A stretch of 64,000 nucleotides of DNA from positions 193,602 to 257,601 of the forward strand of contig CAVQCI010000001.1 of NCBI GenBank assembly GCA_963710985.1, in the 5' to 3' direction. Positions 9,193 through 19,206 of this stretch are shown here, in pieces (positions within the stretch are counted from its first letter, which is position 1; each line of letters starts with the position of its first letter). The notes under the pieces were generated by a model, which saw only the letters and a list, made by a program, of their open reading frames with translations, did no database searches and was not told the origin of the DNA. This stretch comes from an uncultured Actinomycetes bacterium. GTDB taxonomy: Bacteria; Actinomycetota; UBA4738; HRBIN12. Position numbers and translations under genes: made by a program.

Positions 9193-9699
9193 ATGCTGTC
9201 GACCGAACTCGAACAAGCCCTGAACGACCAGCTCAACCGGGAGAGCTACTCCTCGTACCTGTACCTGGCGATGGCGGCGCACTTCGATGCCGCCGGGTTC
9301 CCCGGGTTCGCGTCGTGGATGCGCGTCCAGGCGAGCGAGGAGCACCTGCACGCGATGCGCTTCTTCGACTTCATCGTGGACCGGGGGGGCCGCGTGCGCC
9401 TGCAGGCGATCGCGGAGCCTCCCGTGGACTTCGGGACCCCGCTGCAGGTCTTCGAGGCCTCGCTCGATCACGAACGGTTCATCACCCGGACGATCGAGGC
9501 GCTCTACGATCAGGCCGACCGGCTCACCCAAGCCTTCCTGGATTGGTTCCTCACCGAGCAGGTCGAGGAAGAGCGGAACGTGTCCCAGATCGTCGAATCG
9601 ATGCGGCTGGCGGCGGACAGCGGTCCGGCTCTGCTGCTGCTCGACCGCGAGCTGGGCGCTCGCCCGAGCGCCGACGGAGCGGCTCCGGCCGGGGGATGA
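9193..9699 (+). CDS. ferritin (non-heme, bacterial type)
   Basis: The start is the internal ATG of ORF 9052..9699, after GAGGAGG. The 168 aa include LNDQLNRESYSSYLYLAMAAHF..ASEEHLHAMRFFDF, a ferritin di-iron pattern. Confidence 0.85.
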   Translation: MLSTELEQALNDQLNRESYSSYLYLAMAAHFDAAGFPGFASWMRVQASEEHLHAMRFFDFIVDRGGRVRLQAIAEPPVDFGTPLQVFEASLDHERFITRTIEALYDQADRLTQAFLDWFLTEQVEEERNVSQIVESMRLAADSGPALLLLDRELGARPSADGAAPAGG

Positions 9700-9700
9700 C

Positions 9701-11326
9701 GTGACGGCGGACCTCGTCGTCCGCAACGCGCACGTCCACACCGTCGAGGACCGAGCTCCGTCGGCGAGCGCGCTCGCGGTGACCGGCGAGCGCATCACGT
9801 GGGTCGGCGACGACGCAGACGTTGCGGAGCAGGTCGGTCCGACCACCGAGGTGATCGACGCGGCCGGAGCCACGGTGCTCCCCGGGTTCGTCGATGCCCA
9901 TAACCACGTACGGCTCGGGTCGAACCCCGCCGCGGTCCAGCTGTTCCGAGCGACCTCGCTCGACGAGCTCCGGGGTCTCGTGGCCGCCTTCGCCGAGGCC
10001 CACCCCGACGGCGACTGGATCGAGGGTGAGGGATGGAACTACACGGCGATCCCCGGCGGGACGCCGACCGCCGAGATGCTGGTCGGTTCGATCCCGGGCA
10101 GACCAGCGTTCCTGTTCTCCTACGACGTGCACACCGTGTGGCTGAACCGCGAGGCGATCGCGCGCCTGGGCATCACTGGTGACACCGAGTGGCTCCCCTG
10201 GGGTCACGTCCAGAAGGACACCCAAGGCGAGCCGACAGGGTTCGTCACGGACTTCGCCGTGCTCGGGATCAGCGAGGAGGGCCAGCGCGCCCTCGCGCCG
10301 CACCTCCCGGGCTACGGGCCCGCCGCGCAGTACGACCGGCTGCTCGCCTCACTCGACCTCGCGGCGGCCTACGGCATCACCACGATCGTCGAGCCCCAGA
10401 ACGGTCTGGACGACCTCGCGCTGTTCGCACGCGCGCGCGACGACGGCGCGTTGCGGTCGCGGCTGGTCGCCGCGATGCTCTGCCTGCCCGGCACCACCGG
10501 CGAGCGGCTGGATGCGCTCGAGGAGGCACGCCAGAGGTTCGACGACGACCGGTTCCGGGTCGCGCCGATCAAGCTCTACATCGACGACGTGATCGAACCG
10601 CACACGGCGGCCATGCTCGCCCCCTACGCGAACCGGCCCGACACCTCCGGCGACACGTTCTGGGAGCCCGAGGAGTTCGCCTCGTTCCTGGTCGAGGTCG
10701 AACGCCGTGGCTTCCAGACGTTCACGCACGCGACGGGGGACCGCGGGATCCGCACCGTGCTCGACGCCGTCGAGCGGTGCCGCGCGACGCACGGCCCGCG
10801 CGACGCGCGCCACCAGGTCGTGCATGTCGAGTGCGTGCACCCCGAGGACCTTCCACGCTTCGCGGCGCTCGGAGTGGTCGCGTGTATGCAGCCCCGCCAC
10901 TGCGCGCCGGACATCGTGGGCGAGTGGCGCGCGAACGTCGGGCCCGAGCGCGAGCGGTTCGCGTGGCCGTTCCGATCGCTCGCGGCGCACGGGGCGACCC
11001 TCGCCTTCTCCTCGGATTGGAACGTCGCGGAGATGGACCCGATGACGTGGCTCTACACGGCCGTGACACGCGCCGACCTCGAGGGGAGGGGTGCGTGGAA
11101 CCTGGAGGAGGCGATCGACCTCGAGACCGCGATCCGTGCGGCGACCCTCGGCTCGGCCTACGCGAACTTCGCCGAGCGCGATCGGGGCTCGGTCAGCCCC
11201 GGCAAGTACGGCGACCTCGCCGTGCTCGACCGCGACGTGTTCGCGCTGGAGGACCCGCGGGAACTGCTGGCGACACGCGTGACCCACACGGTGGTCGGCG
11301 GCGAGGTCGTCCACCGGCGCGACTGA
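9701..11326 (+). CDS. amidohydrolase family protein (YtcJ-like metal-dependent hydrolase)
   Basis: The start is the GTG at residue 139 of ORF 9287..11326 (VTADLVVRNAHVHTV..). It carries the PGFVDAHNHV HxH motif. Length is 541 aa. Confidence 0.85.
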   Translation: MTADLVVRNAHVHTVEDRAPSASALAVTGERITWVGDDADVAEQVGPTTEVIDAAGATVLPGFVDAHNHVRLGSNPAAVQLFRATSLDELRGLVAAFAEAHPDGDWIEGEGWNYTAIPGGTPTAEMLVGSIPGRPAFLFSYDVHTVWLNREAIARLGITGDTEWLPWGHVQKDTQGEPTGFVTDFAVLGISEEGQRALAPHLPGYGPAAQYDRLLASLDLAAAYGITTIVEPQNGLDDLALFARARDDGALRSRLVAAMLCLPGTTGERLDALEEARQRFDDDRFRVAPIKLYIDDVIEPHTAAMLAPYANRPDTSGDTFWEPEEFASFLVEVERRGFQTFTHATGDRGIRTVLDAVERCRATHGPRDARHQVVHVECVHPEDLPRFAALGVVACMQPRHCAPDIVGEWRANVGPERERFAWPFRSLAAHGATLAFSSDWNVAEMDPMTWLYTAVTRADLEGRGAWNLEEAIDLETAIRAATLGSAYANFAERDRGSVSPGKYGDLAVLDRDVFALEDPRELLATRVTHTVVGGEVVHRRD

Positions 11327-11380
11327 GGCCGTCGCCGCGGTTCGGTTGCGCGACGAGGCGACGCACCCTACGGTCGTCGG

Positions 11381-12715
11381 ATGCGCCGGCTGGGGCTCGC
11401 CGCCATCGCGGCCGCGTGGTCGCTCGTGGGGATCGCGTCGTGCTCGTTCGCCGGACCGGGCACCCACGGGGACCCGGCGTCCGCGGTGAGCCCGTCGCCG
11501 GGCGCCACGCCCCAGCCGATCGCGACGCGATCCCCGGCGCCGCTGCCGGTCTCGCCGCCTCCCTCCGCGTCGCGTCTGCCGGGGACCTTGCTCGTGGGCT
11601 CGGCGGCCGGTGACCTGCGGACGGTGGCACCCGACGGGGCGGTCGGAACGTGGCTCGTGCGCGCTGCGGCGGGCGGGCCCATGGTGAGCGCTGCGGCGTG
11701 GTCGCCCGACGGGTCGCGGATCGCGTGGTCCGAGCTTGATCCGACCTCGTCGGGCGCGGTTCCGCGGGTGGTGAGCGCGGCGCCCGACGGCAGCGGGCGC
11801 GCCGCGGCCGTCACCCCCGGGCTCGCGTTCTTCCTCTCGTGGGACCCGACCTCCACACAGCTCGCGGTGCTGCGCGACGCGGGCAGGACCATCGGCCTGA
11901 GCCTCGTGGACCTCTCGGCTCCGGCGGGGGACCGGGTGGTCACCCTCGGGCGCGGCGCGCCCTGCTACTTCGCGTGGACGCCCGACGGCGGGAGCCTGCT
12001 GGTGCATCTGGGCTCGTCGCGGTTCGAACGTCTGTGGCCGGGCGGCCGCGTGGCGACGATCGCGCGAGATCCGGGGACGTTCCAGGCGCCCGTGGCGCTC
12101 GCCGGGCCGGACGTCCTCTATGCCTCGTCGCACGGTGGCGGAGGCCAGCGGCTGGTCCGGCGCACCTTGCGCACGGGTGCGGTCGACGTGCTGGCGCGGG
12201 TGCACGGGGCGCTCCTGTTCACCGTCTCCCCGGACGGCCGCGAGGTCGCGTACGAGGCGCTCGGCCCCCGCGAACGCGACTTCTACGATCGCTCGATGCC
12301 CGCGCGCGCCCGAGGCGTGGGCGTCACGGTCCTCGACCTGGCGACGGGCGCGCGCACGCGAGCGACCACCGACCCCGCGATGGCGTGGTCCTGGAGCCCG
12401 CGGGGGCACCGGCTCGCCGTGCTCGAGCCCGTGTACCGGCCCGCGGGTCCGATCGATTTCCGGTGGGTGGTGTGGGACCCGCGGTCGTCGTTCGCGACCC
12501 CGGCCTTCCAGGGATCGCTCCCGTTCCTCGAGCGCTACACGCCGTTCTTCGGGCAGTTCGCGCCGGCCGGCACGATGTGGGCTCCCGACGGCCGGGCGTT
12601 CGCCTACCCGGCCGAGGACGCGCGGGGCACGTCGTGGATCTGGGTGCAGCCGATCCGCGGCCGGGCGTTCGTCGCCGCGGCGGGCTCCTCGGTCACCTGG
12701 TCCCCGACCCCTTGA
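11381..12715 (+). CDS. lipoprotein with TolB-like (PD40) beta-propeller repeats
   Basis: ORF 11381..12715(+), 444 aa. It has the lipobox LVGIASC and repeated W(S/T)PDG motifs: AAWSPDGSRIAW, FAWTPDGGSL, FTVSPDGREVAY, WSWSPRGHRL, WAPDGRAFAY. Confidence 0.7.
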   Translation: MRRLGLAAIAAAWSLVGIASCSFAGPGTHGDPASAVSPSPGATPQPIATRSPAPLPVSPPPSASRLPGTLLVGSAAGDLRTVAPDGAVGTWLVRAAAGGPMVSAAAWSPDGSRIAWSELDPTSSGAVPRVVSAAPDGSGRAAAVTPGLAFFLSWDPTSTQLAVLRDAGRTIGLSLVDLSAPAGDRVVTLGRGAPCYFAWTPDGGSLLVHLGSSRFERLWPGGRVATIARDPGTFQAPVALAGPDVLYASSHGGGGQRLVRRTLRTGAVDVLARVHGALLFTVSPDGREVAYEALGPRERDFYDRSMPARARGVGVTVLDLATGARTRATTDPAMAWSWSPRGHRLAVLEPVYRPAGPIDFRWVVWDPRSSFATPAFQGSLPFLERYTPFFGQFAPAGTMWAPDGRAFAYPAEDARGTSWIWVQPIRGRAFVAAAGSSVTWSPTP

Positions 12716-12745
12716 GGCCGACCCCTTGCGTCGGGCGCCCGGCCG

Positions 12746-13030
12746 TCAGCTTCGACGGCGCGAGCGGGCGCTGCCGCCGAGCAAGCCGAGGTCGACCACC
12801 ACGCCGACCACGATCACGACGACGCCGGCCGCCGTGATGGCTCCGGTGGCCGTCGACAGGTCGTTCTTCGCGACGGCGTAGGCGATCGTCGTCGTCGGCA
12901 TCACGAAGAACCCGACCGTGGGCCAGAACCAGCTGCCGTAGGCGGTCGCGAGGTAGTTCGTGAAGATCCACAGGATCACGAGCACGAACCGCGGGGTGAT
13001 CAGCGAGAACAACGCGAACAGGCAGCCCAT
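12746..13030 (-). CDS. small integral membrane protein (94 aa)
   Basis: The start is the internal ATG of ORF 12746..13441(-), giving MGCLFALFSLITPRFVLVILWIF.. with 3 predicted helices. A GGAGGGGAGG RBS precedes it. Its ATG overlaps the SURF1 stop (ATGA). Confidence 0.6.
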   Translation of the reverse strand: MGCLFALFSLITPRFVLVILWIFTNYLATAYGSWFWPTVGFFVMPTTTIAYAVAKNDLSTATGAITAAGVVVIVVGVVVDLGLLGGSARSRRRS

Positions 13031-13788
13031 CAGTCCTCCCCTCCCGCGGCCGAGGATGCGGCACGACGCTCGTCCTGGCGGTCCCGGCGCAAGAGCACAA
13101 GGTAGCCCACCACGGCGATCGTCGCGAACGAGAACCACTGCAGCGCGTAGGACAGGTGCGGCCCGTCGTCCAGGGTCGGCAGGGGTGGAGGCTCCGGGAG
13201 ATCGCCGGATTGCGCCGGCTGTTGCCCTTGGAGCAGGAGGTAGACGGGGAGGAGCGGATGCGGCATCTGCGCCGACAACTGCTCGAGGTTCACGATCTTG
13301 ACCAGCGTCGAGGGGGAGGCGCCGGGCGAGGCCGGGGTCATGGCGTCGGGCGGGAACAGGAGCCCGCTGACCAACACGGGCCCGGTGGGCGCCGCCGCGG
13401 CACCGGTCAGGGGCGTCGTGACGTCCTCGGGCGGCACCCACCCACGGTTCACGAGGATCGTCGTGCCGTCGCTCATCACGAGCGGGGTGAGCACCTGGTT
13501 CCCGCTCAGACCCGAGGCGGAGGAGCGCCCGAACAGGATCACCTCGTGGGCGGGGTCGTAGGTCCCGCGGATCTCGGCGTTGCGGAAGCCGAGCGAGGCG
13601 GGGTCGGCGCCCGCCATCAGCTCCTGCAGCGGCTGCGCGGGCTGCGCGAAGCCCGCCGCGAGCCGCGCGTTGATCTGTCTGCGTCCGTGCAGCCGCGACA
13701 GCTGCCAGAACCCCAGGCGGATGCAGGTGAGCGCCACGACGATCGCGACGAGCAGCAGGATCACGCGGCGAACCGGAGGGAGGGCCAC
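13030..13788 (-). CDS. SURF1 family cytochrome oxidase assembly protein
   Basis: ORF 13030..13788(-), 252 aa. It has LGFWQLSRLHGR near the N-terminus and HLSYALQWFSFA near the C-terminus. Confidence 0.85.
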   Translation of the reverse strand: MALPPVRRVILLLVAIVVALTCIRLGFWQLSRLHGRRQINARLAAGFAQPAQPLQELMAGADPASLGFRNAEIRGTYDPAHEVILFGRSSASGLSGNQVLTPLVMSDGTTILVNRGWVPPEDVTTPLTGAAAAPTGPVLVSGLLFPPDAMTPASPGASPSTLVKIVNLEQLSAQMPHPLLPVYLLLQGQQPAQSGDLPEPPPLPTLDDGPHLSYALQWFSFATIAVVGYLVLLRRDRQDERRAASSAAGGED

Positions 13789-13830
13789 GCCCAGAGGATA
13801 GCCACGCCGCCCCCGAGCGCCGCGGCCGCG

Positions 13831-14616
13831 CTAGCCCTTCGTCTCCTGGATCGTGTTGCCGCCGTCGACCACGATCGTCGCGCCCGTGACATAGCTCGCG
13901 CGGTCGCTGGCGAGGAACGCGACGACCTCGGCGATCTCATCGGGTGTCCCCGAGCGCCCTATCGGCGTGTGGCGACCGGCGACGGCCTCCTCCGGCAGCT
14001 GCGAGCCGGTCGCGATCCAGCCGGGGTTCACGGAGTTCACCGTGACGCCCGCCCCGCCGACCTCGATCGCGATCCCGCGCATCAGCCCGTCCATCCCGGC
14101 CTTGGCGGCCGTGTAGCCGACGGACCCGGGGTTGGTCACGATCGGGCCGGTCACCGACGACACCATCACCACGCGGCCCCAGCCGCGCTCCACCATCCCG
14201 GGGACGACGGCGCGGGTCACGTTGTAGGCCGTGTGCAGGTTCAGGGCGATGTCGAGATCCCAGTCCTGGTCCGACAGGGTCACGAACGCACCGCCGACCT
14301 CGGCGGCCATCCCGACGTTCACCATCCCCGCGTTGTTCACGAGGATGTCGACCCGTCCGTAGGCGGCGACCACCTCCTCGACCATCGCCCGTGCCTGCGC
14401 CCGGTCCGTGAGATCGGCGACGAAGCCCCGGGCTGCGTACCCCGCGGCCCGGAGCTCGTCCGCCCGCTCGTGGATCCGTGCGGTGGTCGACGCGATCGCG
14501 AGCGAAGTCCCCTCGCGGCCGAGGACCTTCGCGGTCGCGAAGCCGATCCCGTCGGGCGCGCCCGCCCCCGTGACGAGCGCGACCTTCCCTGCAGACTCAC
14601 CCAGCATGGCCGCCAA
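13831..14616 (-). CDS. SDR family oxidoreductase (FabG-like)
   Basis: ORF 13831..14616(-), 261 aa. It has the cofactor motif VTGAGAPDGIG, NNAG, and the catalytic YTAAK. Confidence 0.9.
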   Translation of the reverse strand: MAAMLGESAGKVALVTGAGAPDGIGFATAKVLGREGTSLAIASTTARIHERADELRAAGYAARGFVADLTDRAQARAMVEEVVAAYGRVDILVNNAGMVNVGMAAEVGGAFVTLSDQDWDLDIALNLHTAYNVTRAVVPGMVERGWGRVVMVSSVTGPIVTNPGSVGYTAAKAGMDGLMRGIAIEVGGAGVTVNSVNPGWIATGSQLPEEAVAGRHTPIGRSGTPDEIAEVVAFLASDRASYVTGATIVVDGGNTIQETKG

Positions 14617-14743
14617 GCGTAGCGGAGGCGCTCAAGTCTCCCGTCCCCACCGACCGATGTTCCGTGGTAAGACGGCGCGGTGGGGCCGGCTTGTCCGGTG
14701 AGACGAGCGGCCCCCCACGACCGCGACAAGAAGGGGTGACGAG

Positions 14744-14920
14744 ATGCGGCGAGCGATCGCGCGGCTGTCCGCGCGGACCGCGGCGCTCCGGCTGGAGACC
14801 GGGGCGACGGCGGTCGAATATGCGCTGATGCTGGCCCTGATCGCGATGGTGGTGGTGGGCGCCGTCACGTTCCTGGGTCAAAGCGTCAACAACGTCTTCG
14901 CGAACTTCCATATCCCGTAG
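14744..14920 (+). CDS. flp: Flp family type IVb pilin (58 aa prepilin)
   Basis: This gene is not in the ORF track (under 60 aa). My translation is MRRAIARLSARTAALRLETG/ATAVEYALMLALIAMVVVGAVTFLGQSVNNVFANFHIP*. It has the canonical G/xxxxEY processing motif plus a hydrophobic helix. AAGGGG lies 8 nt upstream of the ATG. Confidence 0.75.
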   Translation: MRRAIARLSARTAALRLETGATAVEYALMLALIAMVVVGAVTFLGQSVNNVFANFHIP

Positions 14921-14964
14921 CGTCGGCACGGAGGTCCGACGCCGTCGGGTAGGCTTCGCGTCCG

Positions 14965-15672
14965 ATGGTCTCTACGGCGCGGCTGCTCGACCTGCAGGCG
15001 ATCGACCTGTCGGTCGACCGGCTCTTCGCCCGTGTGACGGCGCTCGAGAACGGAGACGACCTCGCGACCGCACGCCGAGAGGCCGACGCGGCCGAGGCCG
15101 CGCTCGGTGAGCTTCGGCTGCAGCTGGACGTCCTCGACCGCGACGGGGCGAAGATCGAGCACGAGATCGACTCGCTGGGTCAGAAGACCGCCGCCGAGGT
15201 CCGTCGGATGCAGGACGGCTCGGTCGCCAACGTCCGCGAGTTGGATGCGATCGGTCGCGAGGTGGAGAACCTCCGGCGTCGCACATCCGACCGCGAGGAC
15301 GAGCTCCTGATCCTCCTCGAACGTCGGGAGGAGGTCGAGGCGCGGGCGAAGGAGGCCGAGGCCGTGGCCGACGCGCTGCGCGCCAGCGTCGAGCGGGTCG
15401 CGTCGGAGACCGCCGCCGAGCTGGGGACGGTCTCGGCCGCGCTCGAGGAGGAGCAGCGGAAACGGGCAGACCTCGCGGCGTCGGTCGATCCCGAGCTGCT
15501 CGCCCTCTACGAAGACCTCCGGGTGCACAAGAAGGGCGTGGGTGCTGCCGCCCTCGTCGACGGTGTGTGCCAGGGCTGCCACGAACGTCTGTCCTCGGTC
15601 GAGCTCGACAAGGTCCGCCATACGGGCGACGTCCCCCGCTGCGAGTACTGCCGGCGGAACTTGGTCCTGTGA
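14965..15672 (+). CDS. zinc-ribbon / coiled-coil protein (DUF164, COG1579)
   Basis: ORF 14965..15672(+), 235 aa. It has a long coiled coil and a C-terminal CQGC..CEYC ribbon. This is the typical neighbour of RNase H and rnpB in Actinobacteria. Confidence 0.85.
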   Translation: MVSTARLLDLQAIDLSVDRLFARVTALENGDDLATARREADAAEAALGELRLQLDVLDRDGAKIEHEIDSLGQKTAAEVRRMQDGSVANVRELDAIGREVENLRRRTSDREDELLILLERREEVEARAKEAEAVADALRASVERVASETAAELGTVSAALEEEQRKRADLAASVDPELLALYEDLRVHKKGVGAAALVDGVCQGCHERLSSVELDKVRHTGDVPRCEYCRRNLVL

Positions 15673-16103
15673 CCGGCGAGACCTATCGCTCGCTGATCGT
15701 GTCCTGCGACGGGGCCGCGCGCGGCAATCCCGGGCCCGCCGGCGCCGGGTCCTCCCTCGTGACGCCGGACGGGACCGTCGTCGCCGAGATCGCGGAGGGC
15801 CTCGGCGAGACGACGAACAACGTGGCCGAGTACACGGCGGTGATCCTCGGGCTCGAGCGGGCGAAGGAGCTCGGCGCTCGCGAGGTCCTCCTGCGCTCGG
15901 ACAGTCAGCTGTTGATCAACCAGCTCACCGGCGTCTACCGCGTCAAGACTCCGCACCTGCAGCCTCTGCACCGCCGGGTGCGGACGCTCGCCGGTTCCTT
16001 CGAGCGGATCCGCTTCGAACACGTGCCCCGCGAGCGGAACAAGGAGGCGGACCGGCTCGCCAACGCCGGGGTCGACGCGTGGCTGGCGTCGCGGCGGCGC
16101 TGA
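15669..16103 (+). CDS. ribonuclease HI family protein
   Basis: The start is a GTG overlapping the upstream stop (GTGA), in ORF 15567..16103. The 144 aa include DGAARGNPGPAG, NNVAEY, SDSQL and NKEADRLAN, the DEDD catalytic layout. Confidence 0.85.
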   Translation: MTGETYRSLIVSCDGAARGNPGPAGAGSSLVTPDGTVVAEIAEGLGETTNNVAEYTAVILGLERAKELGAREVLLRSDSQLLINQLTGVYRVKTPHLQPLHRRVRTLAGSFERIRFEHVPRERNKEADRLANAGVDAWLASRRR

Positions 16104-16146
16104 ACCGCCGTCGACGCGGGTTCTGCGGACGGGTACGGTGACCGGT

Positions 16147-16550
16147 GGAGGAGCCGGCCGGGCGGCCGCGGCTCCGGTCCGCGCGAGCGGGCGCGGGGGT
16201 CGAGGAAAGTCCGGACTCCGCAGGGCAGGACGCTGGCGAGAGCCAGGCGGGGGCGACCTCGCGAAGGGGCAACAGAGAGCAGACCGCCCACCACGGCGCG
16301 AGCCGCAGGGGCAAGGGTGCAACGGTGGGGTAAGAGCCCACCAGCGCGCCGGGCGACCGGCGCGGCTCGGCAACCCCCGTCCGGAGCAAGGTCGAGCAGG
16401 GAGCGTTCGAGGGCGGCCCGTCCGATGCTCCCGGGTGGACCGCAGCGGCCCGGCGAACGGGCCGCCGGCGCTTCGGCGCCGAGAGAGATGGTCGCCGGCG
16501 GGACTTTCGGTCCCGCGCACGGGATCCGGCTTACAGGCCGGCTCCTCCAC
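16147..16550 (+). ncRNA. rnpB: RNase P RNA, bacterial type A
   Basis: The P1 helix pairs GGAGGAGCCGGCC (16147-16159) with GGCCGGCTCCTCC (16536-16548). Universal motifs GAGGAAAGTCCGG (P4 5' strand), GGTAAGAGCCCACCAG and CGGCTTACAG are present. Length is about 400 nt. Confidence 0.9.
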
Positions 16551-16572
16551 GCCAGTGGACGTTCCAGCGAGC

Positions 16573-16602
16573 AAGGGGCGGGCCCTGGCGGGCCCGCCCC
16601 TT
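16573..16602. terminator. perfect 13-bp GC hairpin between convergent rnpB and lipA
   Basis: AAGGGGCGGGCCC-TGGC-GGGCCCGCCCCTT. Every stem position is complementary, and TT follows on the + strand. Confidence 0.6.
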
Positions 16603-16762
16603 GGGAGCCGGTCGCTGGGTTGGGAGGGGTCAGACGACCGGAAGCTGCTCACCACCAGCGTCGCGACGGACCGAGGCACGCGAGAGGGTCGGACGGCCCA
16701 CGTCGGGCGTGCCGAAGGACACGAGACGAGATGGACCCGCCAGGGCCGGGGTCGGCGGGACC

Positions 16763-17740
<978 letters not shown>

Positions 17741-17764
17741 CGGAGCGAGTGTACGCTCGGTGCG

Positions 17765-18205
17765 ATGGATCGGATCGGGCGCGTCGCCGGCGCCGTGCTG
17801 CTCGCCACGTCGCTCGCCGGGTGCTCGCGGTCCTCGGCCGCCGATCAGCGCGCGAGCATCTGCCCCGACCTCCGTCACCTCGTTGCGACGATGCGCGTCG
17901 CCTTCGTGCCGCCGCCGCGCGCCACGGTCGGCGATGTGCGCAACGCGCTGGGAAAGCTCGAGACGACGTGGGCACACATCGCCCAGGCCGACTGCGACCC
18001 GGCCAACCAGCGCACCGAGATCTCCAAGGCGCGCGAGGCCTACCTGGACGCGATCGCCGATGTCGGGGACGACGATCCCGCGTCCTCGGTCACGGCGCGG
18101 ACGGCGGCGGTCGCCGCGAGGTTGCGGGCCGACGTCGCGGCCGTCGTCGGCGCGAGGAATCCTCCGGGTGCGCCGGGATGCCGCCCGGTCCGCTCGCCGG
18201 GCTGA
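17765..18205 (+). CDS. lipoprotein, function unknown
   Basis: The start is the internal ATG at residue 23 of ORF 17699..18205. The signal and lipobox are [20 protein letters not shown]. Length is 146 aa. Confidence 0.55.
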   Translation: MDRIGRVAGAVLLATSLAGCSRSSAADQRASICPDLRHLVATMRVAFVPPPRATVGDVRNALGKLETTWAHIAQADCDPANQRTEISKAREAYLDAIADVGDDDPASSVTARTAAVAARLRADVAAVVGARNPPGAPGCRPVRSPG

Positions 18206-18216
18206 ACCGCGTCGGT

Positions 18217-19206
18217 TCAGTACCGCGCGAGGGTGCGCATCCCCGCGTAGATGTGGTCCGGCTCCGGCTCCATGTAAGGTGCTCGAGCGAGGACGCGTAG
18301 GGCATCGCGGGGATGTCGGGCCCGCCGATCCGCACGATGGGCGCGTCCAGGTCGAACATCGCCTCCTCGGCGATCGTCGCGACGATCTCGGCGCCGGCGC
18401 CGTAGGTCCTGTTGTCCTCGTACACCACCATGGCCTTCGCGGTCTTCCGCACCGACGCGAGGATCGTCTCAGTGTCGAGCGGCGCGAGGGTGCGCACGTC
18501 GAGGACCTCCGCTTCGACGCCTTCGTCCTCGGCGAGCCGGTTCGGCGGCCTCGAGGCACGGTGCAGCTCGAGCCGTAGGCGACGAACGTGAGGTCGGGCC
18601 CTCGCGCTTGACGTCGGCGCGTCCGATCGGGACGGTCTCGTCCGCGTCGGGAACCTCGCCCTTGATCAGGCGGTAGCACTTCTTGTGCTCCAGGAACAGG
18701 ACGGGGTCGGGGTCGGCGATCGCGGATGCGGAGCATCCCGGCGGCGTCTCTCGGGGTCGCGGGCATCACGACCTTCAGTCCGGGCACGTGGGCGTAGAAG
18801 GCCTCGATGGACTGCGAGTGGTAGAGGGCTCCGTGGATCCCGCCGCCGCAGGGCGTGCGGATCACCATCGGCAACCCGTAGGTCGCCGTTCGTCCGGTAG
18901 CGCATCCGCGCCGCCTCGGACACGATCTGGTCGAACGCCGGATGGATGAAGTCGGCGAACTCGATCTCGGCGACCGGGATGCAGGCCGTGCAGGGCCATC
19001 CCGATCGCGACCCCGACGATCGCGGACTCGGCCAAAGGCGTATCGATCACCCGGTCCTCGCCGAACTCGTCCATGAAGCCTTCGGTGATCTTGAAGACGC
19101 CGCCGCGCGCGCCGACGTCCTCGCCCAGCAGCACGACGCGGTCGTCGGCCCGCATCTCGTCGCGAAGCGTGTCGCGGATCGCGGTGACGACGTTCGTCTC
19201 GCTCAT
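18217..19206 (-). pseudogene. 2-oxoacid dehydrogenase E1 component beta subunit (paralog 1), about 7 frame breaks
   Basis: Conserved segments are spread over three frames: [33 protein letters not shown] / [31 protein letters not shown] / [37 protein letters not shown] / [15 protein letters not shown] / [26 protein letters not shown] / YMEPEPDHIYAGMRTLARY*. The breaks are near 18977, 18882, 18727, 18601, 18556, 18540 and 18275. The ATG overlaps the E1alpha stop (ATGA). Confidence 0.85.

Noticed and set aside
16603-16762. A 160-nt gap between the rnpB hairpin and the lipA stop, considered as a possible small gene or sRNA.
   Set aside because: It contains only an 11-codon ORF and a weak CCCGCC..GGCGGG stem. 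There is nothing I can support as a feature.
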